Source of the DNA: a virus
Taxonomy: Duplodnaviria; Caudoviricetes
Direction: 5' to 3' (one strand)
DNA: 64,000 nucleotides
Virus record (IMG/VR): IMGVR_UViG_3300037067_003476
Span: 64,001 to 128,000 of that record
Each line of letters starts with the position of its first letter. The stretch's first letter is position 1. This document shows, piece after piece, positions 9,460 through 19,904 of this stretch. The notes beneath the pieces were generated by a model. It made no database searches and had not been told where the DNA came from. It saw only the letters and a program-made list of their open reading frames with translations. The translations under genes and the position numbers were made by a program.

Positions 9460-10101
9460 TCAAATATACTCTACTTCAACTGCTAATCCAAACAACTTAC
9501 TATTTGGTGTGTTTGGAGTACACGATATCGCAACATACCAGTCGTGTCTTGTATCAATAGTTAGGTCGCCGTTAGGGCGCAAACCAGATGTGCCGGGTGT
9601 GTCTATCAAACCAAGCGACTCAGATCCATGAACCCACGACCAAATTTCGTCACCAGTACCCGTATTATCTTGCGACGTAGACGTGTGTATAATCTCGCTA
9701 CAATAACACAGCAATCCAGATGGGTCATGAGACAGTACATTCCCGTCATAAATGTACATCGCCGCATTTTGTGTTCTTACCGCTTCAACATGTTCAAACC
9801 TGATATTGAGTGATGCCATATAATTAGGCAAATTTCTTAATGGAATTCCATCACCCACCTGTCCAAATATAACCCCTGATGTCCCGTTTATTCCGCTAAG
9901 CGAGCCCCCGACACCAATTGTCAACTTATTATTATTGCACTCTATCCCGTTGGTTAAGCCAGACGGATCAGTGATGAATGTTCTGCCCTGGAAAGATCCT
10001 ATGCCTACAGGAGATCCGAATCCAGAATCACCATAAAATCCTATGCCAGAACCAACAGCTAAGCTGGTTTGATTGTTTATCCATATACTTATATCAGCCA
10101 T
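9460..10101 (-). CDS. Virion structural protein, paralog B
   Basis: Shares GSG.GFYG, LN.RF, TQNA, PSG..CY..E.IH, HDWYVAIS and EY ending with 8809..9423. Confidence 0.65.
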   Translation of the reverse strand: MADISIWINNQTSLAVGSGIGFYGDSGFGSPVGIGSFQGRTFITDPSGLTNGIECNNNKLTIGVGGSLSGINGTSGVIFGQVGDGIPLRNLPNYMASLNIRFEHVEAVRTQNAAMYIYDGNVLSHDPSGLLCYCSEIIHTSTSQDNTGTGDEIWSWVHGSESLGLIDTPGTSGLRPNGDLTIDTRHDWYVAISCTPNTPNSKLFGLAVEVEYI

Positions 10102-10116
10102 AATACCCTCTCTTTT

Positions 10117-10124
10117 TTATACAC
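10117..10124 (-). promoter_or_regulatory. GTGTATAA motif (putative late promoter)
   Basis: Upstream of the 10101 start. Confidence 0.6.
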
Positions 10125-11476
10125 TATGGTGCCGGAGGAAGTTTGTTTACACTACTATACGTCAGATTCTCTGGAACACTAACATCAAATGTTTTGTGAT
10201 AAGAGTAAGATTGTGATCCAATTGCGTCAACATTCATATGTATCGTAAACCCACCACCCATTGGTCCACGATTAGCGTAAAACATATCGTATAATTGCAG
10301 TGCGTGTACGTAACTCGTTGTTGTAATTTCTTCTGTCGAGCCATAACTGTGTCCACCCTGGCATGTAATACTAAAGTTAGCTAATGACCATGCCGGTAAT
10401 ATAAGTGGGATATCGACCTGACTACCATACTGCCCATAAATAAAGTAATTTTGGGTTGTATATGATCCATCGACAAGGAAGATTGTAGCGACTATGTGGA
10501 GTGTAACATTGTCTCCAACATTAGAATCTGTCTGTGGGTCTACTGGTTCGGCTATACCATCACCAGCACTATATGAATCAGACCATATATTGAATTTGAT
10601 AGTGTATGTTTCTTGTGATCCAGTTGGGTTACCAACATTAAAACCAAAACTCATAAACCACACATCATTTCTGGAATGCGATATATGTGTCTCAAGATCT
10701 GGAGGAACCCAAAAGTCGATATGTGCGGAAATTGATGAATTCCCGTATGTATATGACGTAAATACCAGTTGATCATGAGAGGTCGATGACTGCCTTGTTC
10801 CGAGTGATTTTGTCGCCTCTAGAATGCCACTCACAGAATAAAACGTATATGACGACGAACCATCGCCATACCATTTTCCACCTGGAATCAACCCTTCCTT
10901 TGATAACAACGACGGGTATTGATACACCCCGTATAGTCTATACGGCCTATAATCAACTTCGTCTGAAATTTCAAAATGACGGTAGCAATACCTGTCCCTT
11001 TGATCAAACTCGCATAAACCATAGTATTCATTATGGAATATATCTGGTGACGGTGGGTATATCTGGATATCCCTCGTGATACCGCCAGAGTTATAGATAT
11101 TCATATGGGTATCATACAGGATATCGAACCATTTCCTACAATTTTGTATTCCTTCGTCGTAAATACCTATTCCGGCGCGACTCCATGCTATTTTTTCGAG
11201 ATCAGTGTTATTTCCATAGGCGTCAAAATCTGATCCATCTATTAGTCTAAGAGATAGTGGTAATAGGCTGACGCTATTGTAATCGACATACCTAATACCA
11301 AGTATATCCTGATAAGTATCGAATGGAACATTGTCATAAAATGCCCGCAACTTATTGTATCTTTGTAACAGCGCCATAAGAAAATATGGATTGCATATTA
11401 TGTTTTGTGTGTTCGAAGCCATTCCACTGTAAAATGTTGTGTAGTCTGGTCCAGTTAATTTCTCTGTCGTAATCAT
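10124..11476 (-). CDS. Putative tail-tip / receptor-binding protein
   Basis: Follows the tail hub genes; beta-rich C-terminal half. Confidence 0.45.
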   Translation of the reverse strand: MITTEKLTGPDYTTFYSGMASNTQNIICNPYFLMALLQRYNKLRAFYDNVPFDTYQDILGIRYVDYNSVSLLPLSLRLIDGSDFDAYGNNTDLEKIAWSRAGIGIYDEGIQNCRKWFDILYDTHMNIYNSGGITRDIQIYPPSPDIFHNEYYGLCEFDQRDRYCYRHFEISDEVDYRPYRLYGVYQYPSLLSKEGLIPGGKWYGDGSSSYTFYSVSGILEATKSLGTRQSSTSHDQLVFTSYTYGNSSISAHIDFWVPPDLETHISHSRNDVWFMSFGFNVGNPTGSQETYTIKFNIWSDSYSAGDGIAEPVDPQTDSNVGDNVTLHIVATIFLVDGSYTTQNYFIYGQYGSQVDIPLILPAWSLANFSITCQGGHSYGSTEEITTTSYVHALQLYDMFYANRGPMGGGFTIHMNVDAIGSQSYSYHKTFDVSVPENLTYSSVNKLPPAP

Positions 11477-14019
11477 GTTGGACTCTCGGTTGGATATACG
11501 AATATGTTCATTGCCTGATCAATATATGGTTTGAATGTATGATCTTCCTGTTCAACCCATTTTACTGAAACTGCTGTGCCAACAGGGATGTATCCAGGAC
11601 CAGAGTACGGTTCGCCAAGGTTTAGAACCGTATCAAGTAGATTCAATTCACTATCAGTAAACATTGACGTGTCACCCTCTATCACTGTCACTTCATAGTT
11701 GGGTGGTCCAGTCTTAGACGATGGTGGGTTTAATGATTTGGCAACAGTACATTTCAGTTCTGATGGTGATGGAATAGCCTCTTCGACAACCCACGCAGTA
11801 ACGGCAACGATATTGTTCGATGTATACCTATCAGGATACAATCCCCATTTAGCTGGTTTTATTCTCAAAAATATTCCAATAGGTAGATGCGCTGGTGCGT
11901 CTGGGTATTCGGATAAGTTAGTAACGGCAACATTGAATATCGCAGCAGGAACAAGCTGGACATACCCATTAACGAGGGTCTGTTTATGGATCTGACACAT
12001 ATACCATGGATGACTATCATCTCTACTAATTATCTTGGCCACAACAGAGCCGTCACCTCCAGCACTACGATTAACTCTATGTTCTGGAGGATCTTTAAAT
12101 ATGTCTTCTGGATACTCTGGATACTGTTGTCTGGCCTGATCTCTCTTTAGCTTATCGATTAATTCCTGATAGTATCTCTGATATCTACCAAGTTCGTTGG
12201 TATAAAGATTGCACTTATAAACAGTGGTTACGCCACGAATATCATACGATACGCTAATATTTGTGATATTGGTACCACGGCCAATCGCCATTCCAAGATT
12301 AACTGTTGGTAATCCAGGAACCTCTAGTTCACCAGTATCAAATTCAGTAATGCGATGTGTGTATGTGCGAATTCTAGCGTAAGCAATTTTATTCATAATG
12401 TCGATGGCGTCATCCATAGACATACCGCGATACGAATATGCCCATGGTGTCAAAGACGAGTCAAAAACGACCCTTGTTTTTCCCGGTAGCCTTAGTTGGG
12501 GTGGAATCAAAGCATCACTTGTCCATGGGCCATATGAATCACGACGGTAGATGATCGGTATATAAACCGAGCCAACCTGTGTCATCCTTGACACCTCGCC
12601 ATTTGTTTCCAGTGCCCCATAGCTTGTTCTGGTTCCAATCAAAACTTCTAGTGGAACCGGAAACGTGATGAGCAAAATGCTGCCACGTTTATTCAGCGGG
12701 GCACCCGGAACTTTGTATAGATCCACACGGTCAACCGATATCTTCATGTAGTATCTATTTTGGCCAGTCCCTAGTAAATCAGACGAATCGACAACTTGGT
12801 CCGCCCATTCACCTCCAACAGTACTTGGATTATTTAGTACAGCAAAAGCAACCCATCTTCCATCACTAACACCGAATTTTAATTGACCGTCTGTTGGTAA
12901 ACCTTCTGGTGAAGTATTGTTCTCCCACCACCCTTCATTAACAGTATCTATCCACGGAACATTGTCGCTATCAATCAATGACGCTGGTATGTCAATGTAG
13001 AAAGTTCTTCCCCAGTGATTTTCAGCATAAGATGTTAACGCCTTCAATTCTTCCTCTGGCAAATTAGTAATTCGACCATTAAGGGCATCCTTCATCTCAT
13101 TGATAGACGTAAACCTTGTTCTAACGATCCCTTCCCTAGACACTATCTTAAATCTAGGAGAAGTCAATACACCCCCCTCGTCGTCAAAGCCCCAAAATGG
13201 TTTGAGTAGACTGCCATTATACTTTGTAAGTGTTTGTTTATTAGCCCCAAGAACTATCGTTCTTGTAACCTCATCCCTATTTTCTACGCCAGTCACCAAT
13301 CGAATAACAGAATTTGGGTATTGACTAGCCAGTCCGTTCATGTCAAGAGAAGCTATTTTTCGCTGTAGTGTACGAACATAGACATCGTAAACAGACCCGT
13401 TTTTTATAGTATCCACATACCATTCGAATCCATGATCGTCTGCTACTTGATTAATAAACTCTATCAACGACATTGCTGAACCGCGAACCCTGTAGGGAAT
13501 ACGCTCGTTCAATCCGGTTGTGCTTTGTATCGTTCGCGATGTCGTTGTAATGTCGCTAAGATTAACGCGAAACGATATCTCTCCATATTTATAAATGACG
13601 CTTTCTATCCTATTTTTGATTGTAGAATATTTAACCCCACCTATCAAATCCTCGTTTGTCTCTGGCTGAACCAATACCACATTTTCCCCAAGACTAACTC
13701 CCGTAGGCGACTGGACAACTACCTGAACACAATCCATTGCAGGTCTCATATCTGTCATGCGAACGGAATACACACCACTTCCAGCCACATTGATGATCTG
13801 ATTGTCCCACATCTGTACCAAGCCGTAAAAATCCAAAGACCCTATCTGTATATGCTCGATATGTCTCATACCCTGTCGTGGCAATCCAGCAAGCGTAAAT
13901 GTATGTGATTCGTCCTCTACGACAGACATGTTGTATGTTGTAGGGTTTTGATTCCAGCCAAACTGGGCACCAAAACTTCTCAGATAACAACCAAATATAA
14001 CTTTCTGTTCAATTTCCAT
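11473..14019 (-). CDS. Putative baseplate hub / Tal-like tail protein
   Basis: Position after tape measure; SLIEFINQVADDHGFEWYV and ITNISVSYDIRGVTT segments resemble hub proteins. Confidence 0.55.
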   Translation of the reverse strand: MEIEQKVIFGCYLRSFGAQFGWNQNPTTYNMSVVEDESHTFTLAGLPRQGMRHIEHIQIGSLDFYGLVQMWDNQIINVAGSGVYSVRMTDMRPAMDCVQVVVQSPTGVSLGENVVLVQPETNEDLIGGVKYSTIKNRIESVIYKYGEISFRVNLSDITTTSRTIQSTTGLNERIPYRVRGSAMSLIEFINQVADDHGFEWYVDTIKNGSVYDVYVRTLQRKIASLDMNGLASQYPNSVIRLVTGVENRDEVTRTIVLGANKQTLTKYNGSLLKPFWGFDDEGGVLTSPRFKIVSREGIVRTRFTSINEMKDALNGRITNLPEEELKALTSYAENHWGRTFYIDIPASLIDSDNVPWIDTVNEGWWENNTSPEGLPTDGQLKFGVSDGRWVAFAVLNNPSTVGGEWADQVVDSSDLLGTGQNRYYMKISVDRVDLYKVPGAPLNKRGSILLITFPVPLEVLIGTRTSYGALETNGEVSRMTQVGSVYIPIIYRRDSYGPWTSDALIPPQLRLPGKTRVVFDSSLTPWAYSYRGMSMDDAIDIMNKIAYARIRTYTHRITEFDTGELEVPGLPTVNLGMAIGRGTNITNISVSYDIRGVTTVYKCNLYTNELGRYQRYYQELIDKLKRDQARQQYPEYPEDIFKDPPEHRVNRSAGGDGSVVAKIISRDDSHPWYMCQIHKQTLVNGYVQLVPAAIFNVAVTNLSEYPDAPAHLPIGIFLRIKPAKWGLYPDRYTSNNIVAVTAWVVEEAIPSPSELKCTVAKSLNPPSSKTGPPNYEVTVIEGDTSMFTDSELNLLDTVLNLGEPYSGPGYIPVGTAVSVKWVEQEDHTFKPYIDQAMNIFVYPTESPT

Positions 14020-15719
14020 TAGTAACCTTCCTTGATAAGGTATCTAATTGTCCTATCATATGTAAATGCAGTTGGGCTCCAATTTTCGCTATCCCCTATC
14101 ATGATGAAACCGCTTGACGGAATATTTAGGTACTCATCACACATTGTTCGCATGGTCGAGCTTGATGGTCTAGATGCATATCCCTTTCCTTTTATAGTAA
14201 CTGTTGTTATTTTTTCATTAACAGTATTCATATCCTGAATCACTGGGCCTAAAAGCCTTCCTGGTATCGGCAGGATAGCTGTTATCTGGGCACGATTTTG
14301 ATCTTGTATGCTTACCTCTAGCTGATTATCTGAAGACGTATCCCACGTCCACGACATCTTAATAGTTCCAGACTTTTCATTTACGGACGATACTTTGGTT
14401 CGTATTGTATTACTTACTACCGATGTGTCTGGTATCAGCGAATCCAATATCTCTATAGCTCTTGTTCTGGCAGCAACATCACTTGGTACAGCATCTCTAG
14501 CATTACTCAGTTTTTCCTCTGATGTATCACCAAGTCCACGGATATCTGCTGATAGAGTAATAACATACTGACTATTTTCTGAGGTATAGTTAACGCTAGC
14601 TTCGTAATAAATCAATACATCGGGATTCTCAGTACTATTCCATTCGTATGAAAACGATGCGGTGCCTTGCGACTGATTAAGACCCACAGACTTCACATAT
14701 GGAGATTCGCCTATCGTTGTTCCACCAAGTAATGTGCCAACAGCAGCAAGGGCCTCTGTTCTTGCGGTGGATTGTGATGGAACATAATCCCTGGCGATAT
14801 CCATAGCGGAGACATCTCCAGCCGCTTTGTTACTAGATACCCCATAAACGATCCCGTCATACCTGACACGATATTCATCGTTTTCCTGTGAATAGTCTAT
14901 ACTGAAGTTCTTCTCTATGTAATGATTACCAGAACCAAGCGTCCACGACTCTTTTGTGGAGTACGTTCCATCAAATGACCCTATACTAGATGTTTTAGTG
15001 TATGCGCCACCCGTCCATGTGTCTACGCCAAGAATACTGGTTAGAACGCCAGACGGAATAGATCCTATTGCTTTTGTGTCACACCACGCTTTTGCATGTT
15101 GCCATGCTTCTTCGCCGTCGTATTTGCTGCCCGTTTCGTCGTATCCTAGTATTCCACGCGCATTGACATCGTGTGTAATTCTAAACATCTGGCCTTCGCG
15201 ACCTTCCATATCCTCGAAAGACCACGCCTCGCCAGCAGATTCTATGAGATCAAAATTGAACGTGTCTTCGTGGCTTAGAGTTCCGTTGATATACATCCAA
15301 TCAGTTTGAAGCCTAATCGTGTAATCACATCTCTGTGTCCATATACCCTCTGTAAAGCTAATATCCAGTACTCGTGGATTGCACTTAACGACAGGCTGAC
15401 CAGATTGTGGCTGCCACTCTAGTGATTGTCCGTCATGAGAAAACAACCATCTGATAGCCTCTTGTTTACGTAGTATTGAATTAAAATCTTCGTTGTTTTC
15501 TGTATATAGTTCGTCGGGTGGATAATTAGACAATTCCCAAAACGCATTAGCTAGGTTTGCGTAATGGCCACTCGGAGACCCCTTGAATGGCAACAATGTC
15601 CCAGTGAGGGTAATGTCGTAATTAGCACCAATCTTACCACCGTCCTCGGTAGTTTGATAGGATTTGGTCATCGCCACCAATGGCGCTGGTATGATTGCCT
15701 TTCCGTTATATCGCAACAT
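14019..15719 (-). CDS. Putative distal tail / tail-tip protein with internal repeats
   Basis: Synteny after tape measure; about three related ~100-aa units. Confidence 0.5.
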   Translation of the reverse strand: MLRYNGKAIIPAPLVAMTKSYQTTEDGGKIGANYDITLTGTLLPFKGSPSGHYANLANAFWELSNYPPDELYTENNEDFNSILRKQEAIRWLFSHDGQSLEWQPQSGQPVVKCNPRVLDISFTEGIWTQRCDYTIRLQTDWMYINGTLSHEDTFNFDLIESAGEAWSFEDMEGREGQMFRITHDVNARGILGYDETGSKYDGEEAWQHAKAWCDTKAIGSIPSGVLTSILGVDTWTGGAYTKTSSIGSFDGTYSTKESWTLGSGNHYIEKNFSIDYSQENDEYRVRYDGIVYGVSSNKAAGDVSAMDIARDYVPSQSTARTEALAAVGTLLGGTTIGESPYVKSVGLNQSQGTASFSYEWNSTENPDVLIYYEASVNYTSENSQYVITLSADIRGLGDTSEEKLSNARDAVPSDVAARTRAIEILDSLIPDTSVVSNTIRTKVSSVNEKSGTIKMSWTWDTSSDNQLEVSIQDQNRAQITAILPIPGRLLGPVIQDMNTVNEKITTVTIKGKGYASRPSSSTMRTMCDEYLNIPSSGFIMIGDSENWSPTAFTYDRTIRYLIKEGY

Positions 15720-15731
15720 AACTATTCTCCG

Positions 15732-18700
15732 TTAGTATCCATGTTCATAGAAAACTATATGTCCAGATGACGGGGTTCCATATACTGTAAAGCCATACAC
15801 AAATAGGTCGATGTCGTTTGCCGATACAGTATCGGTTCCTTTGGTGAATAGATTAATCCTGTTATTCTTAGTTGTGTGCCCGTGAACCACAAAATCTAAG
15901 TTATCATATGATGTGCCAGAAACTCCAAAGACATACAGGTTTGTTATTCCAGAAGGCCATTCAAAGCCAGTTATGTGCATATCGACACACGATATTTCTC
16001 CGGCGTGTACATCAAGATATAGTGGCCAGCAGCCACTAATATCATACGACAATTCACCATCACCTATGGTGTAGAGATCGCACTCACCAGATGAGTTGAC
16101 ATCAGGACCACTAATGGATAAGTCTATACATCCACTTGGCCAAGACAACGTTTGCATAAACAGTGGACACGTCATTCCACCGCTATACGTAATGCTTCCA
16201 GATTCTACATTTAAGAACAGATGCCAGGACTGATCCATCGTGGATGGCGTGGAGTCGTTATATATCGATAGGGACAATGATTTCAGTGTAAACCCAAGCG
16301 TCTGTCCAGACGGAGATCCATATATCATTAGATCTAGCGAAGAGTTTTCGTCGCCATCGTATGTTTTTAGAAATAGTGGCTGGGTATATCCAAATATTCC
16401 GCTGATATATAAGTCAACAGAATCGGTTATTAGCTGAGCCTTTAGGAACAAATCAAAGAAATTTTCTGTTTGTCGCTGACTTATAAACAATGGCATTGAC
16501 CCAGAATAACTATCCGGACCTTTCGCAAACAGGTGTATAGATTCGAAATATGGCAGGTGACCATTTTCGGTTATATCAATATTGCCAGACGATACGTCTG
16601 CCGACAACACAAACAGATCAACGTTGTCGCTTACAGATTCAACTCCGCCAATAACCGCGTCAAGAAGTCCGCTTGATTTTTCATGTCCACCCAAGCATAG
16701 GTCAATCGTGTTGGCTGGATAAAAATCCATCGGAATAAGAGAAAGACCACATTGATATATTTTTTGCAATTCATCATCAGTAAATCTTGGAATATTTTTC
16801 CATAAAACAACTTCGTCTGTTTTATATCCTGGTGAACTAACAAAGTTGGAATATTTGAAAAAGGCATGAGAAGCTATTCCGCTTGGATATCTTGTTTCTG
16901 GCAAAGAACCCATGCTTTGCCATCCACTACCGTTCATGCTAATATCGCCGGATGCAGTTGTTCCATCGAATACTAGACGAGATATAATTAAATGCCATCC
17001 ACCGACAAAATTCGGTGTTAGAAACTCCGGTAATGAATAAGGGTTTGAACCAAGATAATAACTCATTACGACATTGGAGTATACCCATGACGGATAAATA
17101 CCTTCATCAATAACACCGCTATTGCTCCATCCAAATACACAGCCGTTTACTACACCCTGTGTCCAGTACATTGACGTTATCGATATGGTACCAGACGAAG
17201 AGTCATAGAGTGGATTGACTTCGTGATAAAACGATGCGCCAACATCTGGATAGAATCCATCGCCAGTAATTCCGCTTCCTATTAATCCACTGACGTATAT
17301 CGCACCAAGTGTATCCCACTCAACAAGTTTCGTTTGTTCAATATTCCCTGATGTGAACGGATGATAATACACCACGTTGTCTGGATATAGTAAGTGTGGA
17401 CCTATGAATCTAACATCGGGTATGTATCCAGAAATATAAGAGGGTATTGTTCCAGACGATTGCTCCGGAACATCGACAAATAAGTCTATGCTTCCGCTAG
17501 AAGTAAGACATCCTTCTATGTACAAATCCTTTGTATTCGATGGATACTGGTCCATAGAAAATTGCGATAGACCCATTTGGTAAAACGTCTTAAGTTGGTC
17601 TGCCGATAATTTTGGTATGTTGTGCCATAGGATTAATTCGTCGCAGGGGTATTTATCGGTAGTTGTAAAATTATTTGGTTCAAATCGTACATGAGAACTT
17701 ATCCCGGATGGTGTCCTAATTTCGGGCTTTGTTGGAAGAGAGACCCAATTACTACCATTAACGCTAACATCTCCTGACGCGACGACCCCATTGAAATAAA
17801 CTCGTCCTACAATTAAGTTCCATTGAGTTTGACTTACGAAGTCGCCGCTAGGAGTAAATATAATTGAGTTTTTGCCGTCAACCTTATATCCAACCGTACT
17901 CCTATACGATCCCGCATTAACCGCCAAAATAATCGAATTATATGTATCAACTAAAGCATCCCCCCAACCCACATCGTATTGTTTAGCAAAGATATTCGAT
18001 CCACTAGACCATATGGCTGCTGTGTACGAAGTATCTCCATAGCAATCTGGATATAGCGGCCCCCTTTCTCTTACCACATACGGGATCAGCGACGTTGGTT
18101 TAATTCCACTTCCTATGAAACCGTTAGACACCATTTCTACGTTATAACTAGACCACCACACGTTTCTTGTGTATTCTAACGCTCCAGATGTAAACGGATG
18201 ATAGAACACAACATCATCTGGATACAACAAGTGCGATCCCATAAATCCCATGCCGTGTATGAATAAATCACATAACCCACTAGAGCAATCTTTGCCATTC
18301 ACGAATAGTGGAATTTCTTCTGTGTCATACGCTGGTGTTCCACCGATAAAAAGATTTAGTTCGTTTGATGGGTATTGAGATAGTTGTTGTCTGGAACGTC
18401 CTAGTTCGTACAGCGCCGATAGTTGATCATTAGTCAGTTTTGGAATATTTCTCCACAAAGCAACTTCATCTGCCGGATATTGTTGTGTCGAGTATTTGTG
18501 ATAATGGTACATCCTCAAATGCGAGTCTGTCCCAGTAGGATACGTTGTCTCGCTTAGATATCCAACGCTTGTCCACCCGCTTCCATTAATACTTAGGTCG
18601 CCAAAAACATCTGTTCCATCGAAGGATATTCTTCCAATTAGCAAAGTCCAGTCGCTGGTATCCGCATATGGTCCAGAAGTAGTAAAAAGAGTTGGTCCAG

Positions 18701-19892
18701 ATCCGTTAACCCAGTATTGTAATCTAAGATTGTTTGATGCGTCTACATAGCATCTTAATCCGTTGTAGAAGTTGTTGTAGTTACCCCATCCGGCACCATA
18801 TAACGTGTAGTTGTTAAAGCTACCGCTCGTCCAAACCATCATCGTAATAGATGTTGTACCTGATACGCCAGGATACAAAGATCCGCGCTCAAATAATAGT
18901 GTGCCATCGTTCCATAGTGGGGCTGCAACAACTCCGCTCCCAACAAGACCCTCTTCTGTGTATGCTATGCTATCGAGATACCCAGACCACGATACAGACT
19001 TCGCGTATTCAATTCCGCCAGACGTAAATGGATGGTAGAATACCATGTCGTCTGGATAAATTGGATGCGCATTTAGCAATACCGAGCTTTTTACAAATAA
19101 ATCGCAAGACCCAGAAGACACACTTGGTATTGGACCAGAGATGAATAGGTCGAGTGATTCGGACAATGGATATTGTGATTCATAATCGCTCATCGGACTA
19201 TTGTATACGACAGCTAGGTCGTACAAATTCTGTAACTCTTCATTTGTAAACTGTGGTGCATTTTTCCATAGAACAAATTCGTCAATGGGAACCTGCCACA
19301 CACCATTTTTTCTATTATTTTGGTAATATCTAAGATATGTGGTGTTAAGTGTTGGATAATTAGCTTCGCTTATTGTTCCCAGGCTTTGCCATCCGCTACC
19401 ATTGATACTAATATCTCCAGATGCGACAGATCCATCAAATAGGACTCTGGCCACTATCAAGTGCCATGGAGTATTTGTTCCAACCGGCCCAACGATTGAG
19501 AATGAATCTAGAGACGTTGTTTTTGCATAGTATCCCAATTTAATATGAGATGTCGAATCTGTGTATATTTTGAGCCCATCTGTAAGATAACTAGCGACAC
19601 TACCATATCCACCAGCTATATTCGTTTCGGCATTTGCATGGACACCACTGGTCCAAGCTGCTATTGTTAATGATGTTGTGCCACTAGACGTTGGATAGTC
19701 CGATAGCGTTTGCGTTTCTATATAGTTCTCGGAGTATCCCTGTCGTACACAAAATCCGCTACCTATGAGTCCAGATGCTGTGGGATTAGCCCTGCCACTA
19801 ACATCTGTCCATAATTTACCAACCATATACTCATGTAAACCAGACGTAAACGGCAGGTAAAATATTACGTTGTCATCATACAAAAGACCCAT
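15732..19892 (-). CDS. Virion fibre/adhesin with four LamG/concanavalin-like repeats
   Basis: Four units starting (V/I)(F/Y)Y(H/L)PFTSG, each with W.LI..R..F.G, S.NGS.W and DE..LW.N.P; C-terminal DLF linker repeats. Confidence 0.7.
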   Translation of the reverse strand: MGLLYDDNVIFYLPFTSGLHEYMVGKLWTDVSGRANPTASGLIGSGFCVRQGYSENYIETQTLSDYPTSSGTTSLTIAAWTSGVHANAETNIAGGYGSVASYLTDGLKIYTDSTSHIKLGYYAKTTSLDSFSIVGPVGTNTPWHLIVARVLFDGSVASGDISINGSGWQSLGTISEANYPTLNTTYLRYYQNNRKNGVWQVPIDEFVLWKNAPQFTNEELQNLYDLAVVYNSPMSDYESQYPLSESLDLFISGPIPSVSSGSCDLFVKSSVLLNAHPIYPDDMVFYHPFTSGGIEYAKSVSWSGYLDSIAYTEEGLVGSGVVAAPLWNDGTLLFERGSLYPGVSGTTSITMMVWTSGSFNNYTLYGAGWGNYNNFYNGLRCYVDASNNLRLQYWVNGSGPTLFTTSGPYADTSDWTLLIGRISFDGTDVFGDLSINGSGWTSVGYLSETTYPTGTDSHLRMYHYHKYSTQQYPADEVALWRNIPKLTNDQLSALYELGRSRQQLSQYPSNELNLFIGGTPAYDTEEIPLFVNGKDCSSGLCDLFIHGMGFMGSHLLYPDDVVFYHPFTSGALEYTRNVWWSSYNVEMVSNGFIGSGIKPTSLIPYVVRERGPLYPDCYGDTSYTAAIWSSGSNIFAKQYDVGWGDALVDTYNSIILAVNAGSYRSTVGYKVDGKNSIIFTPSGDFVSQTQWNLIVGRVYFNGVVASGDVSVNGSNWVSLPTKPEIRTPSGISSHVRFEPNNFTTTDKYPCDELILWHNIPKLSADQLKTFYQMGLSQFSMDQYPSNTKDLYIEGCLTSSGSIDLFVDVPEQSSGTIPSYISGYIPDVRFIGPHLLYPDNVVYYHPFTSGNIEQTKLVEWDTLGAIYVSGLIGSGITGDGFYPDVGASFYHEVNPLYDSSSGTISITSMYWTQGVVNGCVFGWSNSGVIDEGIYPSWVYSNVVMSYYLGSNPYSLPEFLTPNFVGGWHLIISRLVFDGTTASGDISMNGSGWQSMGSLPETRYPSGIASHAFFKYSNFVSSPGYKTDEVVLWKNIPRFTDDELQKIYQCGLSLIPMDFYPANTIDLCLGGHEKSSGLLDAVIGGVESVSDNVDLFVLSADVSSGNIDITENGHLPYFESIHLFAKGPDSYSGSMPLFISQRQTENFFDLFLKAQLITDSVDLYISGIFGYTQPLFLKTYDGDENSSLDLMIYGSPSGQTLGFTLKSLSLSIYNDSTPSTMDQSWHLFLNVESGSITYSGGMTCPLFMQTLSWPSGCIDLSISGPDVNSSGECDLYTIGDGELSYDISGCWPLYLDVHAGEISCVDMHITGFEWPSGITNLYVFGVSGTSYDNLDFVVHGHTTKNNRINLFTKGTDTVSANDIDLFVYGFTVYGTPSSGHIVFYEHGY

Positions 19893-19904
19893 ATCATCCT
19901 CGTG

